Source: a virus. Taken from it: a stretch of 64,000 nucleotides of DNA. Shown here piece by piece: positions 28,722 through 38,592 of the stretch (position 1 is its first letter; the number at the start of each line of letters is the position of its first letter). Position numbers and translations under genes: made by a program. The notes under the pieces were generated by a model, which did not search any database, was not told where the DNA came from, and saw nothing but the letters and a program-made list of their open reading frames with translations. Where the stretch lies: IMG/VR virus record IMGVR_UViG_3300010397_000045, positions 1 to 64,000 of that record, one strand, 5' to 3'.

Positions 28722-30691
28722 ACGCCGCCATCGAGCGTGACGAATTGGAGCGGCGATATCAGGGACGGCGTCAGCCGCAAGACGCCTCGTGCCACCTGAT
28801 CTGGCAAGAGGGTGCGGCCGAGCTGTGGGTTGGCAACAAGGAGGCTTCGCAGACGTTTACCGGCAACGTGTTGTGTGTGCTTGAATACCCGCACTGTTGG
28901 CGTGCGGATGGTACGACGCACATACACATCATGTACGATAACATGGCGCTGCGCTCACAGTTGGATGCGGCTGCCGAATTCATAACCCAGCACATGAAGG
29001 TCGGGTCCAGGCTCCTCGTACACTGCGCGGCTGGCATGGAGCGCTCGCCGCTCACGGTTGCCTGGTGGTTGGTGAAGACCGGACGTTGCCCGGACCTCGA
29101 TGCGGCATACGTCACGTTGCGCGCGGCGCGTCCCATCGTCGCCGATCGGCGGAATTGGATCGAGCCTGACATACAGCCTAAGGAACTCGAGGAGCTGACC
29201 GAGCAGGGCAAGTACGAGTTGATGTGGAAGTACCCACAGTATCGTCGCGTGGCTCCAGGCGCGCAGGTGGCTGAGCAGTTCCTCAGGCTCGCTCAACCGC
29301 GAACCGGCAGCACCGTGATTGACTTCGGTGCCGGCACGGGCCAGGGCGCGATGTGCATGGCGCTCGCGGCGGACCTCCTCTACCGCCAGCCGGTCAAGGT
29401 GCACATGTTGGACTTCGCACGCAACTGTCTCGACGACGAGGTGCGCGATGCAGTCGCAGCGCAGCCGTTGCTCGAGTTCACCCAACATGACCTGACGAAG
29501 CCTGCGCCCCTCTCGGCGCCTTATGGATTCTGCACGGACGTCATGGAGCACATCCCACCGGACCAGGTGGACCTGGTGTTGCAGAACATACTGGCTGCGG
29601 CCCAGCATGTGTTCTTCCAGATCAGTTGCACCGACGACTCGTGCGGAACGTTGATAGGCGAGAAGTTACACCTGTCCGTGCACCCGCCGGCCTGGTGGAA
29701 GGAGAAGTTGGAGAAGTTTCAGTGCGTCTTCCACTACTGGCACGCGGCTGATGATGGGTCAACATGCATCGCGTACGTATCGGCCTGGGCCGACGGCCAG
29801 GAGGTTGTCGACAAAGGTGAACTTAACACCGAGGAGGAGACCATCCGCGCCAACGTGCGGGCCAACCTCTTAGCCGGGTGGAAGCAGGTACGGCCATACG
29901 AGCCACAGCATACCGAGGTGATGATCCTGGGTGGAGGTCCATCGCTCAACGGACAGCTTGACACCATCCGGCGCATGTCGGCTGAGGGTGTCAAGATCGT
30001 GACCCTGAACGGCGCGTACAACTGGGCGCTCGAGCACGGGTTGCAGGTGGGTTCGCAGGTCGTCGTCGATGCGCGCCCGTTCAACGCTCGCTTCACGAAG
30101 CCGGTGGACCCGAAAACCAACTACCTGATTGGATCGCAATGCGACCCCAGTGTGCTCGAGGGTTTGCCGAAGGAGCGCACGTTCCTGTGGCATACGACCG
30201 CGGAAGCGATCCGTGACATTCTAGTGGAGCTGTCACCCGACGATGCGCAGGGCCGGCCAACCTGGTTCGGCATCCCTGGCGGTACCACGGTGTTGCTGCG
30301 TGCGATCCCGCTCCTCAAAATGTTGGGTTATCGGAAGTTCCACCTGTTCGGGTGTGACTCGTGCGTGGTGCACAAGGATACGTGCTCGGATGACAACTCT
30401 GATTTCTGGAATCATCACGCCTACCAACAGGTTGAGAACGACGGTGTGCCACTCTACCCCGCTGTGGTTGGCGGGCGCACATTTCGCTGCACCGCCTGGC
30501 AGATCGCCCAGGCACAAGAGTTCATTTCACTTATCAAGCATATGGGCGATATGTTCGAGCTGGAGGTGTACGGTGACGGCCTGTTGCGTTGGATACTGCA
30601 GCACGGCGCGGACATGTGCGACGAGATGGATGCCCATCGAACTGATGAGGCTCTTGGGATCGAAACTCCCGGCGCCCCGTGGGGAATGTGA
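28718..30691 (+). CDS. Fusion: dual-specificity phosphatase + SAM methyltransferase + DUF115/Maf-like domain
   Basis: HCAAGMERS (CX5R); VIDFGAGTG and FCTDVMEH; ILGGGPSL...TLN...DAR...LFGCDS. Confidence 0.8.
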   Translation: MNAAIERDELERRYQGRRQPQDASCHLIWQEGAAELWVGNKEASQTFTGNVLCVLEYPHCWRADGTTHIHIMYDNMALRSQLDAAAEFITQHMKVGSRLLVHCAAGMERSPLTVAWWLVKTGRCPDLDAAYVTLRAARPIVADRRNWIEPDIQPKELEELTEQGKYELMWKYPQYRRVAPGAQVAEQFLRLAQPRTGSTVIDFGAGTGQGAMCMALAADLLYRQPVKVHMLDFARNCLDDEVRDAVAAQPLLEFTQHDLTKPAPLSAPYGFCTDVMEHIPPDQVDLVLQNILAAAQHVFFQISCTDDSCGTLIGEKLHLSVHPPAWWKEKLEKFQCVFHYWHAADDGSTCIAYVSAWADGQEVVDKGELNTEEETIRANVRANLLAGWKQVRPYEPQHTEVMILGGGPSLNGQLDTIRRMSAEGVKIVTLNGAYNWALEHGLQVGSQVVVDARPFNARFTKPVDPKTNYLIGSQCDPSVLEGLPKERTFLWHTTAEAIRDILVELSPDDAQGRPTWFGIPGGTTVLLRAIPLLKMLGYRKFHLFGCDSCVVHKDTCSDDNSDFWNHHAYQQVENDGVPLYPAVVGGRTFRCTAWQIAQAQEFISLIKHMGDMFELEVYGDGLLRWILQHGADMCDEMDAHRTDEALGIETPGAPWGM

Positions 30692-30876
30692 TGAGTAACA
30701 AGGGATCGTCTCAGCAACCTGCCCGCGCGTCCGAACGGTTGTTCGGGCACGCGGCTTTCGAGACACGTGATTTTGCACTTGCGCGCAACCGGCGGCGCAA
30801 GGCTAACAAGGCTGCGAAGGCGGCCAAGCGTAAGAACCGCCGGTAGTTTCAATTCAAACACTCGAGGTAATTCAAC

Positions 30877-31356
30877 ATGGCAGCTGGTGCATGGAAAATT
30901 TACACCCGCGCAAAGCGGTATCTTGGGGCCGGTTCCGGCACCATCACGCTCGGCGCGGGTGTGTTCAAGATGGCCCTACACAGGACGTCGGCGTCAGCCA
31001 ACATCCTGAAGGTATCGAACGGTGGCATCTCCACGTGGGGATCGATCGGTTCGGAAATCTCGGCGACGGGCGGATATGCCGCCAACGGCAGGAACCTGCC
31101 GCCGGCCACGGGCAAGTGGACGGTGGGTGCCTCGACGAAGCAGATGAAGTTCACGTACACGACCGCGGGCCTGGTGTTCACGGCCAACGGCGCGAACCTG
31201 AACAACATCCGTTACGCCGTCATCCGCAACTCGACGGGCGCGGGCGCAGGCAAGGCCCTGTGCTTCTGCACACTGTCGACGGCAGCCTTCACCATCACCT
31301 CGCCCAATACGCTGACGATATCGCCGGCGGCCACGGGCGTGTTCACGATGGCGTGA
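30877..31356 (+). CDS. Virion structural protein
   Basis: FKMAL...EISATGGYAANG...IRYAVI pattern; GAGG RBS. Confidence 0.65.
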   Translation: MAAGAWKIYTRAKRYLGAGSGTITLGAGVFKMALHRTSASANILKVSNGGISTWGSIGSEISATGGYAANGRNLPPATGKWTVGASTKQMKFTYTTAGLVFTANGANLNNIRYAVIRNSTGAGAGKALCFCTLSTAAFTITSPNTLTISPAATGVFTMA

Positions 31357-31399
31357 GGTCCGTCGTTCGTGAGTACCAACTGCGCGCTGGGGTCTGACG

Positions 31400-33421
31400 G
31401 TGGGAACTAACATTGTCTTCACCCCAGCGCTGCAGGCGCCTATCGGACTCATGCCATCTACGGGCGCGGTTGCCTGCGTTGGCAACTCATCTGGAGGTGG
31501 GGCCTTTGCGGCTGTGCAACCGCCGCAGGGTGCCTTGTTGTTTGTGACCGCCGCGCCGTCGATGGCGTTGGGCGTAGGCACGCAGGCGGGTGCCGTTGGG
31601 TTGGCGGGTCAGCAGGCTGCGGTCACGCAGCGTGCGGCAACATTGCGTAACCCCGCAGTCGGAGGCGTGGGCCTAGCTGGGCAGGCGCCTGTCGTTGCAG
31701 TGACTACAAGTCAGTTGAGTGCCAACCTGATTTACTCGGATAACGTCAAGGGGCCTAACTGGCAGGGCGACGCGTCGTTCGGTACTGGGAGTGCCGTCAA
31801 CTATCAGGATACGACCCACCCACAGAGTGGCCATACGTACTCCATAGCGGTGCCGGCCAACACAGTCTGGCAGCCGCAGAGTACCAATTGGGACGGCTCC
31901 CTGGGGGGTGGGTTCGGCGCTGACATCTCGCCTTATGTTGGGTTGCAATTCGATCTTTGGACGGCGAACCCGACCCACCAGTTCGACATGCAGGCGCACT
32001 ACGATGGCATCGTGGTGTCGGGTGGTCAGCCGGTCGTGGCGCCGACATACCTGGATAACATCACGGAGGTCGTTGGTACCCTCGCCGGCAGTGGGTGGAA
32101 CACTAAGTTGTTCATACCGAGCGTTGTGTTGGGTCAGCTCGGCAATGTGGTCGGGTATCAGTTCTACATACGCGACAACAATGTCGGTACGGTGTACCTT
32201 GACAACGTTCAGTGGGTGGCCGGCCCCTTTAGTTGGATCTACTCGGGAGGACAGGCGCGGACCTGGAACGGGAGTTCCTACACGCGCGACCCCTCCACCC
32301 CATTCAATGGTTGGTCCGATGCCAGCAGCAATGCGTCGACTAACTACGCGCAGGACCCCAGTGGTCTATCGGTCAAGTGTGGACCTACGGGCTTGCAGAA
32401 TCCGAGCGGTACGGTTGCTCCGGTGATAACGGATCTGTGGGTGGCGTATCAGGGTCAGACCGCGCCGGGGCAGGCAACCATCGGAGGTACCAACAACAGT
32501 TCGTTGTTCGGCTCGGTGGATTCGATGACGCTGGCATGGACTTCGCAACCTGGGTCGTTCCCCATATCCGGTTACAACATCTACCGCAGTGAGGATCTGT
32601 TTGTAACCCGTGTCAAGCTCAACTCCAGTCTGATTCCGGCTGGTACGACGAATTACCAGGACAACACGGCCGTCAACTGCGTCGCCACCTTCTGCGGCGG
32701 TTCGACCAACCCACAATCGGGTGCCCCGGCGCTGTGGTGGCCTGCGCGTAACTACCGTTACAAAGTTGAGGCGGTGGATTCGCAGGGTACGGTAGGTCCG
32801 CTCAGCGCCACGCAGAAGATGTACGTTTACAACTTCAACTCCGGCGGTCAGAACAACCCTACGATCAATGGGAATCCCGCCGGTGGCATGAAGTGGGGTG
32901 GAGACCTCGGTGGTGGCTTCGAGCTGTCGTACAACGACACTGGACCTAACGAGACAGGTCGCGCGATCCTGGTAGGTGACAACGCGGGCTACTGGTTGCC
33001 TACTTCGGGTTATATCTATCCGCAGTGGGCGAAACAGGTGGGAGGCACCGATTACTTTTACATCGATATCAACTTCGCGATCGTTGGCGGCCTGACGTTG
33101 CATGCTGAGTTGAATCCCAACGATCATAAGATCGATTTGTTGGCCTCGGCGCACGCGGCCCCAGGCAACGCCCCGGGTAACCCGTCGTTGGATCTGACGG
33201 CGTACTGCTACGCGGTCAACGGCGTGGTCGATTCCCGTTGGCCCAACATGCCGATGTCCGCCATCCCCACCGGCGTCTACTGTACGTTTAAGGTGCCGCG
33301 CACGCACTACATGACCGATGCGGGTACGTTGCAAAACTGTGTGTACAAATGGTTGATCAACAAGTGGGGTGGATCGATTGGCAACGGAACTCGGTTCGAC
33401 AAGATCTTCTACGGACCTTAG
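31400..33421 (+). CDS. Fibre/adhesin-like protein: repeats, carbohydrate-binding-like domain and FN3
   Basis: N-terminal GxxxLxGxAP repeats; LAW...GYNIYRS...YRYKVEAVD FN3 signature. Confidence 0.6.
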   Translation: MGTNIVFTPALQAPIGLMPSTGAVACVGNSSGGGAFAAVQPPQGALLFVTAAPSMALGVGTQAGAVGLAGQQAAVTQRAATLRNPAVGGVGLAGQAPVVAVTTSQLSANLIYSDNVKGPNWQGDASFGTGSAVNYQDTTHPQSGHTYSIAVPANTVWQPQSTNWDGSLGGGFGADISPYVGLQFDLWTANPTHQFDMQAHYDGIVVSGGQPVVAPTYLDNITEVVGTLAGSGWNTKLFIPSVVLGQLGNVVGYQFYIRDNNVGTVYLDNVQWVAGPFSWIYSGGQARTWNGSSYTRDPSTPFNGWSDASSNASTNYAQDPSGLSVKCGPTGLQNPSGTVAPVITDLWVAYQGQTAPGQATIGGTNNSSLFGSVDSMTLAWTSQPGSFPISGYNIYRSEDLFVTRVKLNSSLIPAGTTNYQDNTAVNCVATFCGGSTNPQSGAPALWWPARNYRYKVEAVDSQGTVGPLSATQKMYVYNFNSGGQNNPTINGNPAGGMKWGGDLGGGFELSYNDTGPNETGRAILVGDNAGYWLPTSGYIYPQWAKQVGGTDYFYIDINFAIVGGLTLHAELNPNDHKIDLLASAHAAPGNAPGNPSLDLTAYCYAVNGVVDSRWPNMPMSAIPTGVYCTFKVPRTHYMTDAGTLQNCVYKWLINKWGGSIGNGTRFDKIFYGP

Positions 33422-34822
33422 ATGGCTATCACTGCGCCCTGCCCCGTCGCCAAAGTAACTGTCACCGCTGCAGGTGGTATGTGGCGTTGCAACCATGCCG
33501 GGTTCAACACGACGTTGTATGGATACTTCACGTTCTCGGCATTGCCAACGCAGGCGGGTTACAAGTATCTGGTGCAGTTCTACAACACGAGCGGCGCCGC
33601 GGTAGGCGTGGCGGTCGATCCGTCCTCTTACACGCACCACGACCACGGCATCGGGTCGGCCAATTGGACAGTATACTCCATACCATTGTCGGCGTTCGGC
33701 AGCATCGGGACGGTAGGCGGCGTTAGCATCAAAGACAACAGCGGCGCCGCATCTAACACGTTCTACCTGTCGGCTGTTGGGTTCTGGGGCAGCCCGGCCA
33801 GCGGCTTCAGGTTCGCACCTGGGCACTATGCGCATAGCCGGTTTGGTTATCACTTCGACACGCAGACCGTCTTCGACGGCATCATCAGTGATCTGCAGAC
33901 ATTGCCCGTGCCGTTCCGTGGTGTGTCCATCAACGCCTACTACGGTAATTTCGATAGGGGTACGAGCAGTGCCGACTTCAGTCAGGGTATAACCAACGTC
34001 CGTACCGTGTTGGACGCGGCCCTGGCGGCTGGCAAGTTCGTGGGGTTACATTTCAGTGAGCAGAACTTCACCAGCTCGGCGTTCCCCAATTCACCGACCT
34101 ATCCGACGTGGTGGAACTCCGGGTGGTGCAAGACTGGCAGCGTTCCGCAGATCTACGCCGATCTGACGCAGACGGCCGTAGTCAACACCATCACGGCGCA
34201 GATCCAGGCTTATGGCGCAGCGTTCAAGGATCACCCGGCGCTCGCGTGGTTCAGCCCGTTTGACGACTCGTCGATTAGCACGACCAACTTTGATGGGACC
34301 ACGTACTACGCGAACCGGGTGTCACTGTTCCAAGTGGCAAGAAACGCCTTCCCTCGGACGATGATACGAGGCTACTGGAGTTTCACCAATCAGGCAGCCG
34401 CGCAGTACCAGGCGTTGATTCAAAGTTGCTTCAACTTGGGGGGCTTCCTGTTGGCGTCTCCCGACCCGCCGCTCGTCGGGCCTCTTCAGTCTAACATCAA
34501 TCGGGACATTACCGGGTACCGCGTCTACAGGGGTGACATAGGCACGGTTGATTTCAGGCCCAACTATCGCGTGGCTGCTGAGGTCCAGGACATCGGGCTG
34601 AGTGTGTCGCAGAATAACCTCTCCACACCTTCGAATATATTCACGTACCTGACGTCGACCAGCCAGATCAACCCATCGTTCATGATCTGGCAACAGGAGA
34701 GTGACGGCAACGCGCAGACCAGCTGGTCGGCTATCAAGACCTACGTGGCAGGTCTCGGTGGTCCCAATTATGGTATCCGGGTAACCTCGCCTAACGACGG
34801 GTTTGCATATCAACTCCTATGA
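33422..34822 (+). CDS. Putative glycoside hydrolase-like protein with an N-terminal binding module
   Basis: FAPGHY...FRGVS...YGAAFKDHPAL pattern suggests a TIM-barrel GH. Confidence 0.45.
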   Translation: MAITAPCPVAKVTVTAAGGMWRCNHAGFNTTLYGYFTFSALPTQAGYKYLVQFYNTSGAAVGVAVDPSSYTHHDHGIGSANWTVYSIPLSAFGSIGTVGGVSIKDNSGAASNTFYLSAVGFWGSPASGFRFAPGHYAHSRFGYHFDTQTVFDGIISDLQTLPVPFRGVSINAYYGNFDRGTSSADFSQGITNVRTVLDAALAAGKFVGLHFSEQNFTSSAFPNSPTYPTWWNSGWCKTGSVPQIYADLTQTAVVNTITAQIQAYGAAFKDHPALAWFSPFDDSSISTTNFDGTTYYANRVSLFQVARNAFPRTMIRGYWSFTNQAAAQYQALIQSCFNLGGFLLASPDPPLVGPLQSNINRDITGYRVYRGDIGTVDFRPNYRVAAEVQDIGLSVSQNNLSTPSNIFTYLTSTSQINPSFMIWQQESDGNAQTSWSAIKTYVAGLGGPNYGIRVTSPNDGFAYQLL

Positions 34823-35562
34823 CGTTCGCACTCAGATCAAAAACTGGATTAGTACCTAACGGGCCGTCGTCGTTCCCGGCGGGCGTGACGCCGGGTGACC
34901 TGTTGGTTGGGTTTACGGCGACTGATGGCAACGGTCAGACGTTTACCACGCCCAACCCAGGCGGTACGCAACCGTGGGTCAGGCTGGGTACGGCTGTCAA
35001 TGCGACCTCCGTGTGTGTCATTGCGCGTTTCTACCAGGCAGGTGACACGGTGCCGCCGTTCGTGTGGTCCGGTGGCAATGTCGAGGCTGACATTGCGGCG
35101 TTCTCGGGCGGCACGTACACCGACCTGGCGACCATCGTCGATCAGTATTCGGACCGCGCTTCTACGAGCACCACGCTGATAGTGTTGAATGGTGGATCAT
35201 TAGCGCCCACGAAAGACAACGGCTTGGCTATCATGGGTGGCCGGATACGCAAGACCAGCGTGTCTGACGCTGCGACGTTCAGCGCCATGCCGACTGGTTT
35301 TACCAAGCTCTCGAGTGCAAATCCAAACGGCAACAATCAGGCGACGGTCTGGATGTATTCCATCCAGGGCGCCAAGGCTACGATCGCACTCCAGCAGACT
35401 GTTGCGATGAACGTGCCAGAGAGTGCGGGCCAGAACACCCAGGGGTTGGGGATGGTGCTGTTCGTCGGTACGGCCGTACCTTCTGGGGCTGTCGCGCTGG
35501 CTGGAGGCAACCCGAACGTCATACGTGCGCTCAATTCCGTACTCACACCGGTGACTGCCTAA
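34819..35562 (+). CDS. Putative virion beta-sandwich protein
   Basis: PAGVTPGDLLV motif; C-terminal repeat unit. Confidence 0.55.
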   Translation: MTFALRSKTGLVPNGPSSFPAGVTPGDLLVGFTATDGNGQTFTTPNPGGTQPWVRLGTAVNATSVCVIARFYQAGDTVPPFVWSGGNVEADIAAFSGGTYTDLATIVDQYSDRASTSTTLIVLNGGSLAPTKDNGLAIMGGRIRKTSVSDAATFSAMPTGFTKLSSANPNGNNQATVWMYSIQGAKATIALQQTVAMNVPESAGQNTQGLGMVLFVGTAVPSGAVALAGGNPNVIRALNSVLTPVTA

Positions 35563-38259
35563 ATGCCAGGCTCAATACGCCAGAAAGTCACGCTGGACCC
35601 GACGCCGTCCGACATGGATATGATGTTCGGCACGCCTGAGGCCATGTGGGCGGCATTCCCACTGGCTACGTTGCCGGGTAGCACCATCCTGGCGATGACG
35701 CAGATCGCCAACCTGTCCAGTAACACCATCACGGCTTTTTCCGATACCGTCAATGGCTCCTGGCCATCGGCGTTGCGACGCCTGAGTAATCCGTCCTTCG
35801 GCAGTGACAACGCCTTGTGGTGTCTGCAGAACGCAGCGTCTATCCCTGCCGGGGCGTTCGGCCGGGCGACTTCGGCTGGCACCAAGACCACACTGACGGA
35901 CAACAATAACACGTGGACTACCAACCAATGGGCGGGCGCTTTCTTCCGCAGCGTCAACCAGGCGTTCGAGACGACCGTGCTGTCCAACACGGCGCACACG
36001 CTCACGTTGAGTTCGTCACTGCCTGCGGCGGTTGCCAACGGTGAGACGTATGTCGTAGGTGGGTGGTTGAAGGCGACAGCCAGTGGCTTCGATGACTTCA
36101 ACGCGTTCACTATAGTCGAGGTGCAGGGAGTGGCGGCATCGTCACTCATCGACCACAACGCCGCGGTCACTACTACGTCCACTCCTGGCACTAACGATAT
36201 CTCGACGGGCTCCATAGCGGGAGGCTCGGCGCCGGCGACCATCGTGTGCTTCGGTGTCAACGATGTTGATAATCACACGACGTACGTGCCATTGGCGGAC
36301 ACGACGGCGACGGATGACGGTACGGCCTGGTCGTGGAGCCTCGGCCAGCCGATCATGCGCATTCAGCATTACAACAAGACCAACCCAGGTACGTTCACGG
36401 GTCACTTCAGCTCGCAGGCCACGGGTGGAGACCATTACCAGTCGTTCATAGTCGGTCTACGGGACGCGACCAACGCCCCGACGGCAGGCAGTATCGCGCT
36501 GACCGGTCTCGGGCCGGTCATGAATATTGGCATTAAGGTCTCCACGGCATCCTTGGGGTTGACTGGAGTTGCATCGGCCGTATTGCCTGGTGTTGCCCCA
36601 CAGATGTTGCAGGGTGTGCTGCAGCTTGTTGGATTGGCACCGCAACTCGCTCTCGGCATCATACTGACAGGCGGTGGAAACCTGGGGTTGACAGGCAACG
36701 CTCCGGTTCTGTCCACCGGCAATACGACTCTGATACCCGGTACCGGAAGCGCGCAGATCACAGGCGCCGCCCCTGGACTGCTCCCCAAGGTTATACCGAC
36801 CGCAGGCGCGCTCGGGTTGGTGGGAGCGGCTCCGCAGTTGGGCCTGAACATCGTCATGGGTGGTGTCACCACAGGGGCATTGAGCCTGGCGTCGAGCGGC
36901 CCCAGCATCGGTCCCGGGATCGTACCTCCGGCCGGGACCATCGTATTGACGGCCGTCGGGTTGCGTGCGCCTAACATAGCCCCTTCTGCCGGTAGCCTGA
37001 CACTGACCGGACTGGCTCCGACACCCAACCAGGGCTCACCCATAGCGGTGCCGGCTGCGGTTGCGATTTCCATGCAGGGGGTGGCGCCCAACCTGACTTT
37101 GAGCGTGCCAGCTCCGCCTACCGCCAACCTGGTGCTGGGTGGGTACGCTCCGCAGTTGTTCTTCCAGTATTTCCTGACGCCGGGCACAGGTGCCCTATCT
37201 GTGGTTGGCAACCTTCTTGGGGGGCAGGTCACCAACGTCCAGTTGGGTACGACGCCGGGCCAGGTGCTCATCTCTGGTGCGGCGCCTGCACTGGGTATAA
37301 GGCTCAACACGGCGGCCGGCGCGTTGGTTGTCGCGGGTCAGGCACCCGTGATTGTTGCCGGTACAGTGTTGGTACCGAGTACGGCGGCGTTGCAATTCTC
37401 GGGGGCGGCTCCCGCGTTTGCCGGCGGGCTCGGGTTGGCACCGAGCGCCGGAAGCCTGTCACTCGCCGGCACGGCGCCGGTGGTGACGCGGACGAACGTC
37501 ATACCCGCGGGCTCTGTGGCCATCGCGGGGCAGGCACCGAAGTTGGGTCTGACGATAGCCCCGTCGGTTGGCAACCTGGCATTCGCGGGTGCGGCGGGTA
37601 CGGTCAACGGCCAGACCATCATCGTACCATCCGTAGGCGCGTTGTCGTTCTCCGGCTCTGTTCCGACGCAGAATTACTTCAGGACGCCTTCGCCGGGTGC
37701 GGTGGCCCTCGCGACGGCACCCCCGGTACTCAATCTCGGCATGACTCCAGCCGTCGGGTCGTTGGCTGTGTTGGGTGGCGCGGCATCTGTGTCACAGGCA
37801 GGTTTGCCACTTCCGCAGACTGGCGTGATCGCCGTGACGGGCGCGGCGCCTCGGATGGACCTACGTATTGCGGTGCCGGCGGGTGGGCTCGCGCTGTCGA
37901 GCGCCCTACCTTTGGTCAACTCGCTTACGACGTTGACACCTGCGGCGGGGTCAATTACTTTTGCGTCTGTTGGTTCAGGTGTTTTACACGTGGGTGTCAT
38001 CGTCCCACCATCTGGCCGGGTCGGGTTCTCGAGCGATCCGTCGCAGATGTCGCGGCAGGGGTTCGCGGCACCAGGTACGGTCAGGATCAGCATCAACGGC
38101 GGCGTCCCGATCGTATACCAGACTACCAACGGATTCATCATCCCGGGCACCGCAAGCCTGAGCATGGTTGGTCAGCCGGCTATCAACTCGCTGTACACCA
38201 TGGACGATCCGCTGATAGTCATCTTGCCGGGTCCCGTGGACTACATAGTCATACTGTAA
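35563..38259 (+). CDS. Large repeat-rich fibre-like virion protein
   Basis: ~300-aa N-terminal domain followed by many PxxGxLxLxGxAP repeats. Confidence 0.7.
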   Translation: MPGSIRQKVTLDPTPSDMDMMFGTPEAMWAAFPLATLPGSTILAMTQIANLSSNTITAFSDTVNGSWPSALRRLSNPSFGSDNALWCLQNAASIPAGAFGRATSAGTKTTLTDNNNTWTTNQWAGAFFRSVNQAFETTVLSNTAHTLTLSSSLPAAVANGETYVVGGWLKATASGFDDFNAFTIVEVQGVAASSLIDHNAAVTTTSTPGTNDISTGSIAGGSAPATIVCFGVNDVDNHTTYVPLADTTATDDGTAWSWSLGQPIMRIQHYNKTNPGTFTGHFSSQATGGDHYQSFIVGLRDATNAPTAGSIALTGLGPVMNIGIKVSTASLGLTGVASAVLPGVAPQMLQGVLQLVGLAPQLALGIILTGGGNLGLTGNAPVLSTGNTTLIPGTGSAQITGAAPGLLPKVIPTAGALGLVGAAPQLGLNIVMGGVTTGALSLASSGPSIGPGIVPPAGTIVLTAVGLRAPNIAPSAGSLTLTGLAPTPNQGSPIAVPAAVAISMQGVAPNLTLSVPAPPTANLVLGGYAPQLFFQYFLTPGTGALSVVGNLLGGQVTNVQLGTTPGQVLISGAAPALGIRLNTAAGALVVAGQAPVIVAGTVLVPSTAALQFSGAAPAFAGGLGLAPSAGSLSLAGTAPVVTRTNVIPAGSVAIAGQAPKLGLTIAPSVGNLAFAGAAGTVNGQTIIVPSVGALSFSGSVPTQNYFRTPSPGAVALATAPPVLNLGMTPAVGSLAVLGGAASVSQAGLPLPQTGVIAVTGAAPRMDLRIAVPAGGLALSSALPLVNSLTTLTPAAGSITFASVGSGVLHVGVIVPPSGRVGFSSDPSQMSRQGFAAPGTVRISINGGVPIVYQTTNGFIIPGTASLSMVGQPAINSLYTMDDPLIVILPGPVDYIVIL

Positions 38260-38269
38260 GGGTGCATCG

Positions 38270-38590
38270 ATGCTTCAATTTCCAGACATAGACCCAGATG
38301 CGATCAGAGTCCTGGCGTTTGACGCCAGCAACCAGTTGCGGCCGGATGAAGTGTTGATGGGTGGGGTTACGATCCTGGCGTTGATATGCACGGCCGGGTT
38401 GGACCCGAACCCCAACGGCATGGTCATCGGCCCGACCTCATACGACCCTGCCGGGCGGCAGATGCTGGTTCCGGTGGCTCCCACCCTGCTTCGCAACGGT
38501 AACGATTACGAGATCGAGGTCGCATCTGCCACGAACCAACCCCCGAAGTTGATCGTGGGCCGCGCGCTACTGTCTGTCAGGATATCATAG
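38270..38590 (+). CDS. Small virion protein, possible fibre adaptor
   Basis: DPD....AFD N-terminal motif; follows the fibre gene. Confidence 0.5.
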   Translation: MLQFPDIDPDAIRVLAFDASNQLRPDEVLMGGVTILALICTAGLDPNPNGMVIGPTSYDPAGRQMLVPVAPTLLRNGNDYEIEVASATNQPPKLIVGRALLSVRIS

Positions 38591-38592
38591 CT

